From Spirulina sp. (GTDB lineage: Bacteria > Cyanobacteriota > Cyanobacteriia > Phormidesmidales > Phormidesmidaceae): a stretch of 64,000 bases of DNA. Each line of letters begins with the position of its first letter. Position 1 is the first letter of the stretch. The stretch is taken from assembly GCA_044070495.1 (NCBI GenBank), contig JBIPSI010000004.1:64001-128000 (forward strand). Direction: 5' to 3'. This document shows positions 53,236-62,703 of this stretch, one piece after another. The notes under the pieces are model-generated. The model was not told where the DNA came from. It ran no database searches and worked only from the letters and a program-made list of their open reading frames with translations. The translations under genes were made by a program, and so were the position numbers.

Positions 53236-54099
53236 ATGAGAATTCCTGACTTCAAAAATAAAGAACTGCTTCAACAAGCACTGACTCATAGCTCCTATGC
53301 TAGGGAAAATGTCACGACTGACAACGAGCGTCTAGAATTTCTCGGTGACAGTATTATTGAGTTTGTAGTACGTTTTTTGCTTTTTACCCAATATCCAAAG
53401 ATGGATGAGGGCGAAATGTCGAAACGCTCTGATTTAATCGTCGATCAATCTCAATTAGCCGACCTTTCAGTAAAGCTAGGTTTGCCAAATCGTCTGCGAT
53501 TGGGAAGTGGCTCCCAGCAGGAACGTGATAACCCTAGCGTCCAGGCTGACGCCTTTGAAGCCCTGATTGGAGCCTATTTTTTAGATTCTGGCATTAATGC
53601 TGCTTACGATTATGCCAAATCCTTATTTAGCCCATTAATTGCTCAATCTATCAATCTCACGCCTACCGATCCAGTCAGTGCTTTTCAAGAGTATGTACAA
53701 GCTCACTTTGCTGGTCAGCTTCCCGACTATCGAGAGCTTAGCGCTATTGGTCCAGATCATGCCAAAACCTTTGAGATTGCGGTTTATATCAATCATGAGC
53801 GTTACGGTACAGGCAAGGGCAATAGTAAGAAAGAAGCACGAAAGCAAGCGGCCTTGGATGCACTCAATCACCTTCAACCCGATCCCGTAAGCAAATTACA
53901 GGAGTTGGTACTGACTCGTTTTGGCGAACCACCCGAATATCGAGAACTCAGTACGGTAGGTTCCGTACCTAATCAAACATTTGAAATTGGGGTGTATATC
54001 AACCACCAATGCTACGGTGTTGGTAAAGGAAAACGTAAAAGGGAAGCCCGCAAGCAAGCCGCATTAGAAGCAATCAGTCGATTAAAGGCTAAAAAGTAG
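53236..54099 (+). CDS. rnc: Ribonuclease III with two tandem dsRNA-binding domains
   Basis: ALTHSSY, NERLEFLGDS, ADAFEALIGA, then two dsRBDs (DPVS..QE...G.G..K.EARKQAA each). Confidence 0.9.
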   Translation: MRIPDFKNKELLQQALTHSSYARENVTTDNERLEFLGDSIIEFVVRFLLFTQYPKMDEGEMSKRSDLIVDQSQLADLSVKLGLPNRLRLGSGSQQERDNPSVQADAFEALIGAYFLDSGINAAYDYAKSLFSPLIAQSINLTPTDPVSAFQEYVQAHFAGQLPDYRELSAIGPDHAKTFEIAVYINHERYGTGKGNSKKEARKQAALDALNHLQPDPVSKLQELVLTRFGEPPEYRELSTVGSVPNQTFEIGVYINHQCYGVGKGKRKREARKQAALEAISRLKAKK

Positions 54100-54176
54100 A
54101 CTAGCGGCTAGATGGCCTAGCGTTCCACTGCTAAGCTGCCTACACTAAAAGAGCCGTATTCAATAGAACTCACTCT

Positions 54177-55544
54177 ATGACCACCTTTAGCGCACCATTG
54201 CACATCAACTGGGATACCTTCGCCAGTGCCCTGGGTGAGATTGAGGTGGTGCGCGAGCCGGGGCAGGTTGAGAAGCTCTCCAAGGACTACTACCACTTCA
54301 GCCCGGTGCTTCAGGGGCAGTTGGCAGACTATAGGGCGGATTTGGTTGTGCGTCCCAAAACGGAGGCCGAGGTGCTGCAAGTGGCCCAGCGCTGTGTGGC
54401 GGAACGGGTGCCGCTGACGGTGCGAGGTGCGGGGACGGGCAACTACGGCCAGTGCATCCCCTTGGCGGGGGGTGTGGTGCTGGATTTGAGCCTGATGAAT
54501 CAGGTGAAGTGGATGAGGCCGGGGGTGGCGTGCGTGGAACCGGGGGCTAAAATGGCTGCCATTGACCGAATTACAAGGGAAACGGGCTGGGAACTGCGGA
54601 TGGCTCCTTCTACCTACCGGACGGCCACCATTGGCGGCTTTATTGGCGGCGGCAGCGGCGGCATGGGGTCAATTACCTACGGCCAACTGCGGGATCGGGG
54701 CAACCTGAATGCCGTGCGGGTGGTGACGATGGAGGATCAGCCTCGCGTCCTTGAACTACGGGGCGATGCGGTGCAGCAGGTGAACCACGCCTACGGCACC
54801 AACGGCATCATCACCGAGTTGGAGGTGCCCCTGGGGCCAGCCTACCCCTGGGCCGAGACCATTGTGGTGTTTGACGACTTCATGACGGCGGCTCGATTTG
54901 GCCAGGTGCTTGGCGAAGCGGACGGGCTGATTAAAAAGCTGATCACCGTGTTTGCATGGCCTGTGCCGAACTACTTTATGGCGCTCAAATCCTATCTGCC
55001 GGAGGGCAAGGCGGCGGTGTTTGGGATGGTAGCCGAGCCGTCCCTAGAACTATTTGGCGAACTGGTGCGGGAATTTGGCGGTGCCGTAACCTACCAAAAA
55101 TCCGCCCAGGAGGCCAGTAAGGGTACCTTGTTGGTGGAGTTTACCTGGAACCACACCACCCTTCATGCCCGCAGTGTGGATCCAACCATCACCTATCTGC
55201 AAACGCTGTTTCCCTACGATGCCGACCTCAAAGGTGTCGAGCATTTCTACCGCCACTTTGGCGATGAGGTGCTGATGCACCTGGAATTTCTACGCATCGG
55301 GGGGCGGGTTTGTCCCGCAGCGCTGCAACTGGTGCGCTACACCACCGAGGAACGGCTGAACGAGATCATCCGCTACCACGAAGACCGTGGGGCCTTCATC
55401 GCCAACCCCCATACCTATCTGCTCGAAGATGGCGGCATGAAGCAGGTGGATCACGCCCAGGTAGACTTTAAGGCCCAGGTGGATCCCTACGGATTACTCA
55501 ACCCCGGCAAAATGCGCGGCTGGCTAGAACGGCAAACACCGTAG
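54177..55544 (+). CDS. FAD-binding oxidoreductase (FAD_binding_4, GlcD-like)
   Basis: RGAGTGNYG, ATIGGFIGGGSGG, YGTNGIITE, DPYGLLNPGK. Confidence 0.88.
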   Translation: MTTFSAPLHINWDTFASALGEIEVVREPGQVEKLSKDYYHFSPVLQGQLADYRADLVVRPKTEAEVLQVAQRCVAERVPLTVRGAGTGNYGQCIPLAGGVVLDLSLMNQVKWMRPGVACVEPGAKMAAIDRITRETGWELRMAPSTYRTATIGGFIGGGSGGMGSITYGQLRDRGNLNAVRVVTMEDQPRVLELRGDAVQQVNHAYGTNGIITELEVPLGPAYPWAETIVVFDDFMTAARFGQVLGEADGLIKKLITVFAWPVPNYFMALKSYLPEGKAAVFGMVAEPSLELFGELVREFGGAVTYQKSAQEASKGTLLVEFTWNHTTLHARSVDPTITYLQTLFPYDADLKGVEHFYRHFGDEVLMHLEFLRIGGRVCPAALQLVRYTTEERLNEIIRYHEDRGAFIANPHTYLLEDGGMKQVDHAQVDFKAQVDPYGLLNPGKMRGWLERQTP

Positions 55545-55839
55545 GGTGGGCACTGCCAGCCCTGTCAAAGGGAGGCAGGTTTTGGGGTCGATCCCTAGGA
55601 TTGGCTGCTGAGCCAAGGACTAGAAGTCCCAGGCTCAATGCAGAAATCCTCTGAAGAGGATTGACAGCCGAGTGCCCCAGTCTGCTTTAGCAGACTTCTG
55701 CGATGAGCCAGGGAGTTTACTCCCTGGTGGTCGTGGCCGGAGTTCCTTATTCTATGGGCATTTGGGGAATGGTTGGCCCACCTTGTCATCCCTTTGGAAA
55801 TCGGGGCTATAGGCTGCGGATCTGTAGGATGCGACGATG

Positions 55840-56583
55840 CTATGGGGTCACCACAGGAGCCGCTACGACGGGATACAGCGGTTCCTGGCCATTTAAGCGC
55901 CAAAGGCTAATGCACAGGGCGGTGGCCACTGTCAGCCATACCAGAGACGGCAGAATGACCCAACCCGCCAAGGGCAACACCTGGAAGTAGCCGATAGTCA
56001 GCGTTACCACCGACAGCAGCGGCCCCCCAATGACCATGGGCACAGCGGCCCCCAGGCGACCCTCCACGGTAAAAATCGTATTCCAGGTGTCGCCCAAGCT
56101 GAGGTGAATGACGTAGAGCACTAGGGGCCAAACCAGAAACGTTTGCCCCAGAGCCGACCAAACTAAATAGGCCGAGGTCACCCGCAGCACCGCAATGCTC
56201 ATCCACACAATGGGGAACGCCAGGGGCGGCGGTGCCCAACCCGGCCTTTGCAGCGATTGGTAGCGACCACTGTTGCGGGTATTATCCAGCCAGGAAAACA
56301 GGCGCGATCTCAGGGTGATAAAGGCGAAAAATCCACAGACCATCGCTGTAATGCCCCAGGGCGGCAGGGCCAATCCTGCCAACAGGGGCATTACTCTATC
56401 CATGCCCCACAATAGCCCCGTCATCACGGCCACCTGGGTCACCGTAGCCGCCAGGTAAGTGAGTGTTCCGGTGATGTCCCAACGGGGGTTGGTCAAATCC
56501 GTCGAAACTTTCGTATCGGTGGCGGTTTCGTTAACACCCATCACGGTGTTAACGCTCTGTTTGACCCAGTTTTTGCGGTTCAT
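55840..56583 (-). CDS. TspO/MBR tryptophan-rich sensory protein with N-terminal extension
   Basis: LQRPGWAPPPLAFPIVW, WNTIF, P..VWL..A.AL...LWRLN. Confidence 0.85.
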   Translation of the reverse strand: MNRKNWVKQSVNTVMGVNETATDTKVSTDLTNPRWDITGTLTYLAATVTQVAVMTGLLWGMDRVMPLLAGLALPPWGITAMVCGFFAFITLRSRLFSWLDNTRNSGRYQSLQRPGWAPPPLAFPIVWMSIAVLRVTSAYLVWSALGQTFLVWPLVLYVIHLSLGDTWNTIFTVEGRLGAAVPMVIGGPLLSVVTLTIGYFQVLPLAGWVILPSLVWLTVATALCISLWRLNGQEPLYPVVAAPVVTP

Positions 56584-56767
56584 GGTGCTTGGTAGAAAAT
56601 AGGTCTATGGGTGGCTCTGCCTAGGATATACCGCGCCCCTAGCGGATTTCCAGGACAGCAGCTTCCTATGGCTTTGCTAAACCATAGCCTCCAGCCACAA
56701 AAAATGCAGAACTGATGAGCCATTCTGGGTAGTCTAGAGCGAGGTGATGCTTGCAGGCTCAACGGCG

Positions 56768-58111
56768 ATGGCAAATCAAGAACAGGTCGCTTTGCTAAAG
56801 CAGGGAATTAAGGTTTGGAATGCCTGGAGGGATGGAAATCCTGACGTTGAGATAGATCTTAGATTCGCCGACCTAACCGCCGTCGGCCTAATCGCCGCCA
56901 AACTCAGCTACGCCGACCTCAGCTACGCCGACCTCAGCTACGCCAAACTCAGCTACGCTAACCTCAGCGAGGCCGACCTCAGCTACGCCGACCTCAGCTA
57001 CGCCGACCTCAGCTACGCTAACCTCAGTGAGGCCGACCTCAGCTACGCCAAACTCAGATCCGCCAACCTCAGCGAGGCCAACCTCAGCGAGGCCAACCTC
57101 AGCAAGGCCAACCTCAGCGAGGCCGACCTCAGCGAGGCCAACCTCAGCGAGGCCGACCTCAGCTACGCCGACCTCAATGCGTCTCAGGTACTTGGTGCTA
57201 ATTTTACCCAGGCAACACTCACAGGAGCCTGTATAGCCGACTGGCAAATCGGCATCTCAACCATCCTTAAAGATGTCCAATGTGACTATATTTTTCGCAC
57301 CTACAACTATGAGAGTCAACAATTCTCAGGTCGTCTTCCTATGGATCCTGAAAACCCCTTTGCCCTAGATGAATTTAGTCAACGATTTCAAATTATTGCC
57401 AGTGCCCTAGAAACTATCGACATCACCTTCACCGAGGGTATCGACTGGCAAGCCTTTTTCCAGTCTTTCCAGGAATTACGGCAGCGTTATCCCCAACATA
57501 ATATTGGCATTCAAGGCATTGAGGAGAAGGATGGAGCCTTGATAGTGCGCTTGAAAGTAGAAACAGAAGAGACAGGCGCAGCGCTAGAGGAGCTTAAAGG
57601 CCGGATCGAAACCACCGAGAAGCAGTTATATTCAGTTCAACTCTCATTGCGGGAAGCAGAAGGGCAACTGAAGGTGTACCGAGAGATGATGGGAGTAGTT
57701 CAGACGTTAGTGTTAAGACCTATGGGTGACCAAAATTTCTATGCTCCAGTTGGCAATGTGGCGGGTACCAACCAAGGGCAAATGACAGCCTACATCAACC
57801 AAAATAATGAGGCTATCAGCCAACTCATCGCCACACTTCGGTCTACTGTTCAGGCTTTTCCATCCGAGCAAAAAGACGATGTGTTGATGGAGCTAGACGA
57901 CCTAGAAAGCGACCTCAGCAAGACAGAGAAGCCAGAACCAAAGCGCATCGGTAAGCGACTTCAAAGAATCTTGGCCGCAGGAACTGCCGCTGCCACCCTA
58001 GCAGGAGGTGCCGCTACCTTTACAGGCGATCTCAACGAATTCACCCAAAACGTGCTGGAGTTGGGAGAAAAAATTGGTCTAGATCGAGGTTCGATCCAAG
58101 GCAACCCATAA
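56768..58111 (+). CDS. Pentapeptide repeat protein
   Basis: WNAWR N-terminus, A(D/N)LS(Y/E) repeats, LTGACIADW, helical C-domain. Confidence 0.9.
   Translation: MANQEQVALLKQGIKVWNAWRDGNPDVEIDLRFADLTAVGLIAAKLSYADLSYADLSYAKLSYANLSEADLSYADLSYADLSYANLSEADLSYAKLRSANLSEANLSEANLSKANLSEADLSEANLSEADLSYADLNASQVLGANFTQATLTGACIADWQIGISTILKDVQCDYIFRTYNYESQQFSGRLPMDPENPFALDEFSQRFQIIASALETIDITFTEGIDWQAFFQSFQELRQRYPQHNIGIQGIEEKDGALIVRLKVETEETGAALEELKGRIETTEKQLYSVQLSLREAEGQLKVYREMMGVVQTLVLRPMGDQNFYAPVGNVAGTNQGQMTAYINQNNEAISQLIATLRSTVQAFPSEQKDDVLMELDDLESDLSKTEKPEPKRIGKRLQRILAAGTAAATLAGGAATFTGDLNEFTQNVLELGEKIGLDRGSIQGNP
56896..57177 (+). repeat. 15-bp near-perfect tandem DNA repeat encoding the pentapeptides
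   Basis: GCC(G/A)ACCTCAGC(TAC/GAG) units, about 19 copies. Confidence 0.85.
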
Positions 58112-58117
58112 GTGCTA

Positions 58118-58218
58118 GTAGGGGGGGCACTGCCCCCCTTGTCATCCTTGTGGAAGTCAGGGCTATGGGATGCGGATGGGTCTTATCCGGCGATGCAGGT
58201 GGGCAGTGCCCACCCTAC
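58118..58218. repeat. GTAG-type REP inverted pair (REPIN-like)
   Basis: GTAGGGGGGGCACTGCCCCCC ... GGTGGGCAGTGCCCACCCTAC. Single units also at 31714, 40525 and 55541. Confidence 0.75.
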
Positions 58219-58233
58219 AACGAGACAACTCCC

Positions 58234-59919
58234 TCACGGCACGGCGGCGTAGGCGATCAGTTGCAGGAGGCGCTGACGCAGGGTATCTAGGCCCAGGCGT
58301 TCGGTGGCGGAGATAAACAGGGCGTGGGGGTACTCTTCCCTGGCTTTGATCAGGACATCGCTGCTGATTTCGTCGGATTTGTTGAACACCAGCAGCATTG
58401 GCCCCGGCGCGATGGGCATTTGGTTGAGGATCCGCATCACCCAGTGGATTTGGTCGGCCCAGGCGGGGTGGGAGATATCCACCACATGGAGTAGGGCGTC
58501 GGCCTCGGTGACCTCCTCTAGGGTGGCCCGAAAGGCGTCCATCAAGGAGGCGGGCAGTTCTTCGATGAAGCCCACGGTGTCGGTGAGTACCAGGTGGGTG
58601 GTGGTGTGGGTGTCGGGATCGGTGATGGCGAGGCGGCGGGTGGTGGGGTCTAGGGTGGCGAAGAGCTGGTCGGCGGCATAGACCTCGGAATTGGTGAGGG
58701 TGTTGACCAGGGTGGATTTTCCGGCGTTGGTGTAGCCCACCACGGCGATGGAGGGCAGGCTGTCGTCCTGGCGACGCTGGCGCAGACGGGCACGGTGGGC
58801 CTGGAGTTGGTTCACCTCTTGTTGGAGTTTGTTGATGCGGCGCTGAATCGCCCGTCGCTCGGTTTCTAGCTTGGTTTCCCCAGGGCCACGGGTGCCAATG
58901 CCGCCCCCCAGCCGCGACATGGCCTTGCCCCGTCCGGTCAGCCTGGGCATTTGGTATTCCAATTGGGCCAGTTCCACTTGCAGCTTGCCAGCTCCGGTTT
59001 TGGCCCGCTGGGCGAAGATGTCGAGGATCAGTTCGGTACGATCTACTACCCGCAAGCCGATTTGAGCTTCTAGGTTCCGCACCTGCACGGGGGATAGATC
59101 TCGGTCAAACACGACCAAATTGGCTCCCACGGTTTGAGCCGCCAGGGCCACCTCATGCACCTTCCCCGAACCCAGCACCGTTTGCGGATGGGGTCGAGGT
59201 CGCCGCTGCACTAGGGTATCCAGCACCTCACCACCCGCACTGTCCACCAGACGCTTGAGTTCCTGTAGGCGTTGTTGAAAATGGTCGGCGTTGTGATCGT
59301 GGGTGTGCAGCCCCACCACCAGCACCCGATCCTGGTCGGTGTCTACCTGACGGGCGGTGAAGGCACGGCGGAAGTCCTCCTCCAGTTCCTCCACCCGTTC
59401 TAGGAAATGCTGATTGGCCAAGTCCTCCACATCCAGCGGTTCCGACACCAGCCAGCGCTGTTCTGGGTGGGGCACCAGATGGGCCAGGTAGGCCGATTGA
59501 ATGTAGCCCGTGGATTGTCCGCCCCGCCGCTTAAAGCCACTGCCCGTCAACACCAGGGAGGCCAGCATATCCAGCCGTTGCAGGGCCATGGTAGTAAGGA
59601 TGGCGTCCGTTGGCGGGTCGGCCTCGGTTTGGGTGGCAATGCAGCGAATGCCGCAGAGGCGATCATCGCCGTAGCGGGGCAGTTCCGTCAGGGGAATTTG
59701 GGTCTGCCGCAGGGTGCCCACCCCCACGCGGATTACCTGTCCGCGCCGATTTACGTAGGCACAAACCGGGTTGCCCACCTCCGTACTGGCCGCCGCCAAC
59801 CGCTGGGCAAACTCCGGCGTGACGATGCAATCCCCCGGTAGCCGCTGGTGATACAATCGCTGCAACTGCTTAAGCTGGCTGGGTTTCAGACCCTTGAGAT
59901 TTCCGTAAACCGTTTCGAT
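58234..59919 (-). CDS. hflX: GTPase HflX (cyanobacterial long form), probable ATC start
   Basis: GTRGPGETKLE, GYTNAGKS, LFATLDPT, DTVGF, NKSD. N-terminus IETVYGNLKGLKPSQLKQLQRLY extends in frame to an ATC at 59919. Confidence 0.93.
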   Translation of the reverse strand: METVYGNLKGLKPSQLKQLQRLYHQRLPGDCIVTPEFAQRLAAASTEVGNPVCAYVNRRGQVIRVGVGTLRQTQIPLTELPRYGDDRLCGIRCIATQTEADPPTDAILTTMALQRLDMLASLVLTGSGFKRRGGQSTGYIQSAYLAHLVPHPEQRWLVSEPLDVEDLANQHFLERVEELEEDFRRAFTARQVDTDQDRVLVVGLHTHDHNADHFQQRLQELKRLVDSAGGEVLDTLVQRRPRPHPQTVLGSGKVHEVALAAQTVGANLVVFDRDLSPVQVRNLEAQIGLRVVDRTELILDIFAQRAKTGAGKLQVELAQLEYQMPRLTGRGKAMSRLGGGIGTRGPGETKLETERRAIQRRINKLQQEVNQLQAHRARLRQRRQDDSLPSIAVVGYTNAGKSTLVNTLTNSEVYAADQLFATLDPTTRRLAITDPDTHTTTHLVLTDTVGFIEELPASLMDAFRATLEEVTEADALLHVVDISHPAWADQIHWVMRILNQMPIAPGPMLLVFNKSDEISSDVLIKAREEYPHALFISATERLGLDTLRQRLLQLIAYAAVP

Positions 59920-60028
59920 AGCGCTAATCCTTTACGTACGTCATTAGTCGGGATATTCATTATAAAAAAACGACTCAGTTTTGTTGATGGGAAGTGGTGT
60001 AGTGCTGATTGCCTGACACCTCTCCCGT

Positions 60029-60113
60029 GTAGGTTGGGTGCAGCGAAGCGAAACCCAACACTCGCCGAGGATTTCGGGCTTGTTGGGTTCTGCTATCGCG
60101 CCACCCAACCTAC
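60029..60113. repeat. GTAG-type REP inverted pair, second family
   Basis: GTAGGTTGGGTGCAGCGAAGCGAAACCCAAC ... GTTGGGTTCTGCTATCGCGCCACCCAACCTAC. Related units at 25292, 31794 and about 24120-24195. Confidence 0.75.
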
Positions 60114-60156
60114 GAGTTATGAGGGGTGTTTGGGGATGATGGGGTGAGATTTGCGG

Positions 60157-60636
60157 CTAGACGGGCGCTTGAATCGCGATCTGCCCCACCATGCCTGCCT
60201 CTGCATGGCCCGCAATGGAGCAATGCAGCTCGTAGGTGCCTGGTTTTTGGGGAATAAACGTCCAGTTAGCCACCGCCCCCGGCTTGAGTTCTAGTTCGTG
60301 AATAGCGCCCTTGATCTCAACGTTGCCCGCCTTTACGTTTTGCGTCCACAGGGCATCCGCAAAATCCTTGGCGGTGAAGTAGTGCTTTTCGGGGCTGGGA
60401 TTATCTAGCACGAGGGTATAGCGTTGTCCAGCAATAAAAGTGAATTGATCCGGTTCAAAGCGCAGTTCCCCCGCCGCTGTTCCCAAGTGAACCGTGACGG
60501 TTTCTGCGGGTTGCTGGGTGGGTGCCATGGCCCAGGCTGGACTCATCCACAAAACCACCGTGCAAAGGATGATCCAAAGTCCTAGCCATTGCCATCTTCG
60601 TTGATTCCCGATTTTTTGCGCACCGCCAAATACCAT
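60157..60636 (-). CDS. Secreted cupredoxin (plastocyanin/azurin-like copper-binding protein)
   Basis: Signal peptide, LRFEPD, KHYF, C-terminal CSIAGHAEAGM copper motif. Confidence 0.85.
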   Translation of the reverse strand: MVFGGAQKIGNQRRWQWLGLWIILCTVVLWMSPAWAMAPTQQPAETVTVHLGTAAGELRFEPDQFTFIAGQRYTLVLDNPSPEKHYFTAKDFADALWTQNVKAGNVEIKGAIHELELKPGAVANWTFIPQKPGTYELHCSIAGHAEAGMVGQIAIQAPV

Positions 60637-60704
60637 GGTGGTTCTCTCCTTATCACAACCTAGTTTTCCTAATCATTTTCCCTCAGAAGTACCGCCCTTA
60701 GTGA

Positions 60705-60854
60705 TATAGCGGTTCTCGATAACGTGAGGTACACCATGGCTGGGTTCTAGATCCCCCTAATACATAGCTGTCTAAGGTTCACTCTGTATCCCCCTTATTA
60801 AGGGGGGCAGGGGGGATCATCGCAATATACTTCACTCGAGTGAAATCCGCTATA
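60705..60854 (-). mobile_element. MITE-like family A, copy 4 (most intact, 150 bp)
   Basis: Terminal IR TATAGCGG...CCGCTATA; internal CCCCCTTATTAAGGGGGGCAGGGGGGATC. Confidence 0.72.
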
Positions 60855-60925
60855 GATCAGGCCATCTTAGGAAACGGGCCAAAACCATTTTTCAGAGTAG
60901 CGAATAGGCGAAGATAGCCCTAGAG

Positions 60926-61546
60926 CTAAGCCAGTACACCATTCAGAAAAATATCGGTCAAGCATTCCGCCAGTTCCTTCATAGATTGGGCCGAACCAGC
61001 GGTATCGCCGAGGGTTTCTTGGCTAAAGCCAGCCACCGTAAACATGCCCAAAAACACCCTAGCCACCATGCGCGCATTCATAGGGCGATACACCCCACGA
61101 TCCATCGCCGTTTGGAAAAAGGCTTCGGCCACATCGATCATTTTTCCGATGACTTCGGTTTGAATTTGCTCCCGCAATTCGGGATGAAACTGCGCTTCCA
61201 TAAAACACACCCTCATTAGGGCCGAATTACGCTGTAAGTTTAGCATTCGCCGCTGCATTACCTGCCCGATGGCTTTATAGCTGGCCATCTCGCTGAGTTC
61301 GGTCAGCAAATCCGTTAAAATCTCGACCCAGCCCTGGCTCGCCACCGCCACTAGGATGGCTTTTTTATTTTCAAAATGTCGAAATAACGTACCCTCCGCC
61401 ACCCCCGCCGCCTTAGCTAAGTCGCGGGTGGTGGTGCCACTATAGCCCCGCTGGGCAAAGAGCTTGAGCGCAGCCTGCAAAATTTTGGCTTCGGTGTCAG
61501 TTTCTGTGGCGGCTTTTTCTGCGGCGGCTTTGAAGAACGGCACCAT
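60926..61546 (-). CDS. TetR/AcrR family transcriptional regulator
   Basis: ILQAALKLFAQRGYSGTTTRDLAKAAGVAEGTLFRHFENK HTH. Confidence 0.93.
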   Translation of the reverse strand: MVPFFKAAAEKAATETDTEAKILQAALKLFAQRGYSGTTTRDLAKAAGVAEGTLFRHFENKKAILVAVASQGWVEILTDLLTELSEMASYKAIGQVMQRRMLNLQRNSALMRVCFMEAQFHPELREQIQTEVIGKMIDVAEAFFQTAMDRGVYRPMNARMVARVFLGMFTVAGFSQETLGDTAGSAQSMKELAECLTDIFLNGVLA

Positions 61547-61932
61547 GGCAAATCACCTGCGTTGTGGCGAAAGAGAGACCATGCCCTCAAAAGAAATGGC
61601 ACAATACCCTATTCCGCATTGTGCCCCCTGCAACTATAGAGCGGCGGCAAGATTTACATAACCACACAAAACCTGAAATAACTACTCACTCTTAATCCAT
61701 AAACGCCACAACCCATGGCCAAAGGTCAAAACATCGATTATTGATAGTTGCAATGGACTATTTTCAGAATTATCTTTTTGTCCTATGGCCGTGATCCCTA
61801 GGGTCAGATATATCGTCTATATCGTCGTTGGGTTCTACTGAGCGCGTCGCCCATGGGAGACCCCAAAATGCGTTGTATACTTAACGATGAAAAGAACGAC
61901 ACCATCAGCAGTAGTTGGTCTGCCTCATTCCT

Positions 61933-62679
61933 ATGGTTGTTGCGTCCCCTCAAATCTCACGCCCCTGTCCGCTAAGCATCTCCTGGGAGAAGCTGCCGGA
62001 CGACTTTCAGCTACCCGATGATCCCGTGGATAATGTCAATCAACCAGCCCTAGCAGCGGCCCTCACCGATAGTTTGTATCAAGCGGGCCTGGTCGCAGAA
62101 ACAGCATTTACGATGACCAACTACGGCATCTGTGCCACCATTAACGGTCAAATGGTGGTGAAGGCTCCTGACTGGGCCTATGTGGCTAACATCACGGTGC
62201 CCCGCAGCGACATCGAACGCAGCTACACCCCCAATTTGCAGGGGCCAGTGCCCAGCATCGTGATGGAATTTATCTCAGAAACGCCAGGGGACGAGTATTC
62301 CAGCAAGCCAACCTATCCCCCCGGTAAATGGTTCTACTACGAGTCCATTCTGCAAGTTCCTTACTACGCGATTTTTGAACCCAGTTCAGGGGATTTGGAA
62401 CTGTACCATCTCCAGGAGGAGGGGCGCTACACCCTGCAAACCATGGCCGAAAACGGGTTGTATTGGGTGGATTCCATGCAGCTCTTTTTAGGGGTCTGGC
62501 AGGGGGATCGCGAAAATCGAACCGGGTACTGGCTACGGTGGTGGGATGCCGAGGGCAACCTGCTGCTATGGGGCCTTGAACGAGTACAGCAGGAAGCCCA
62601 ACGCGCCGAGCAGGAGGCCCAAAAAGCTGAACGATTGAGGGCACAACTCCGCGCCGCAGGCATCGAGCCAGAGGATTGA
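61933..62679 (+). CDS. Uma2 family (DUF820) endonuclease-like protein
   Basis: WEKLPDDFQLPDDPV, KAPDW, VMEFIS, PGKWFYYE, WLRWWD, C-terminal coiled coil. Confidence 0.88.
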   Translation: MVVASPQISRPCPLSISWEKLPDDFQLPDDPVDNVNQPALAAALTDSLYQAGLVAETAFTMTNYGICATINGQMVVKAPDWAYVANITVPRSDIERSYTPNLQGPVPSIVMEFISETPGDEYSSKPTYPPGKWFYYESILQVPYYAIFEPSSGDLELYHLQEEGRYTLQTMAENGLYWVDSMQLFLGVWQGDRENRTGYWLRWWDAEGNLLLWGLERVQQEAQRAEQEAQKAERLRAQLRAAGIEPED

Positions 62680-62703
62680 CTGATTCCCCGACACCTTTAA
62701 CGA

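Noticed and set aside
56888..57247. Regular repeats as a CRISPR array, or the AEVGL-repeat antisense ORF
   Set aside because: 15-bp tandem units without unique spacers, in frame within the pentapeptide gene; no cas genes in the window
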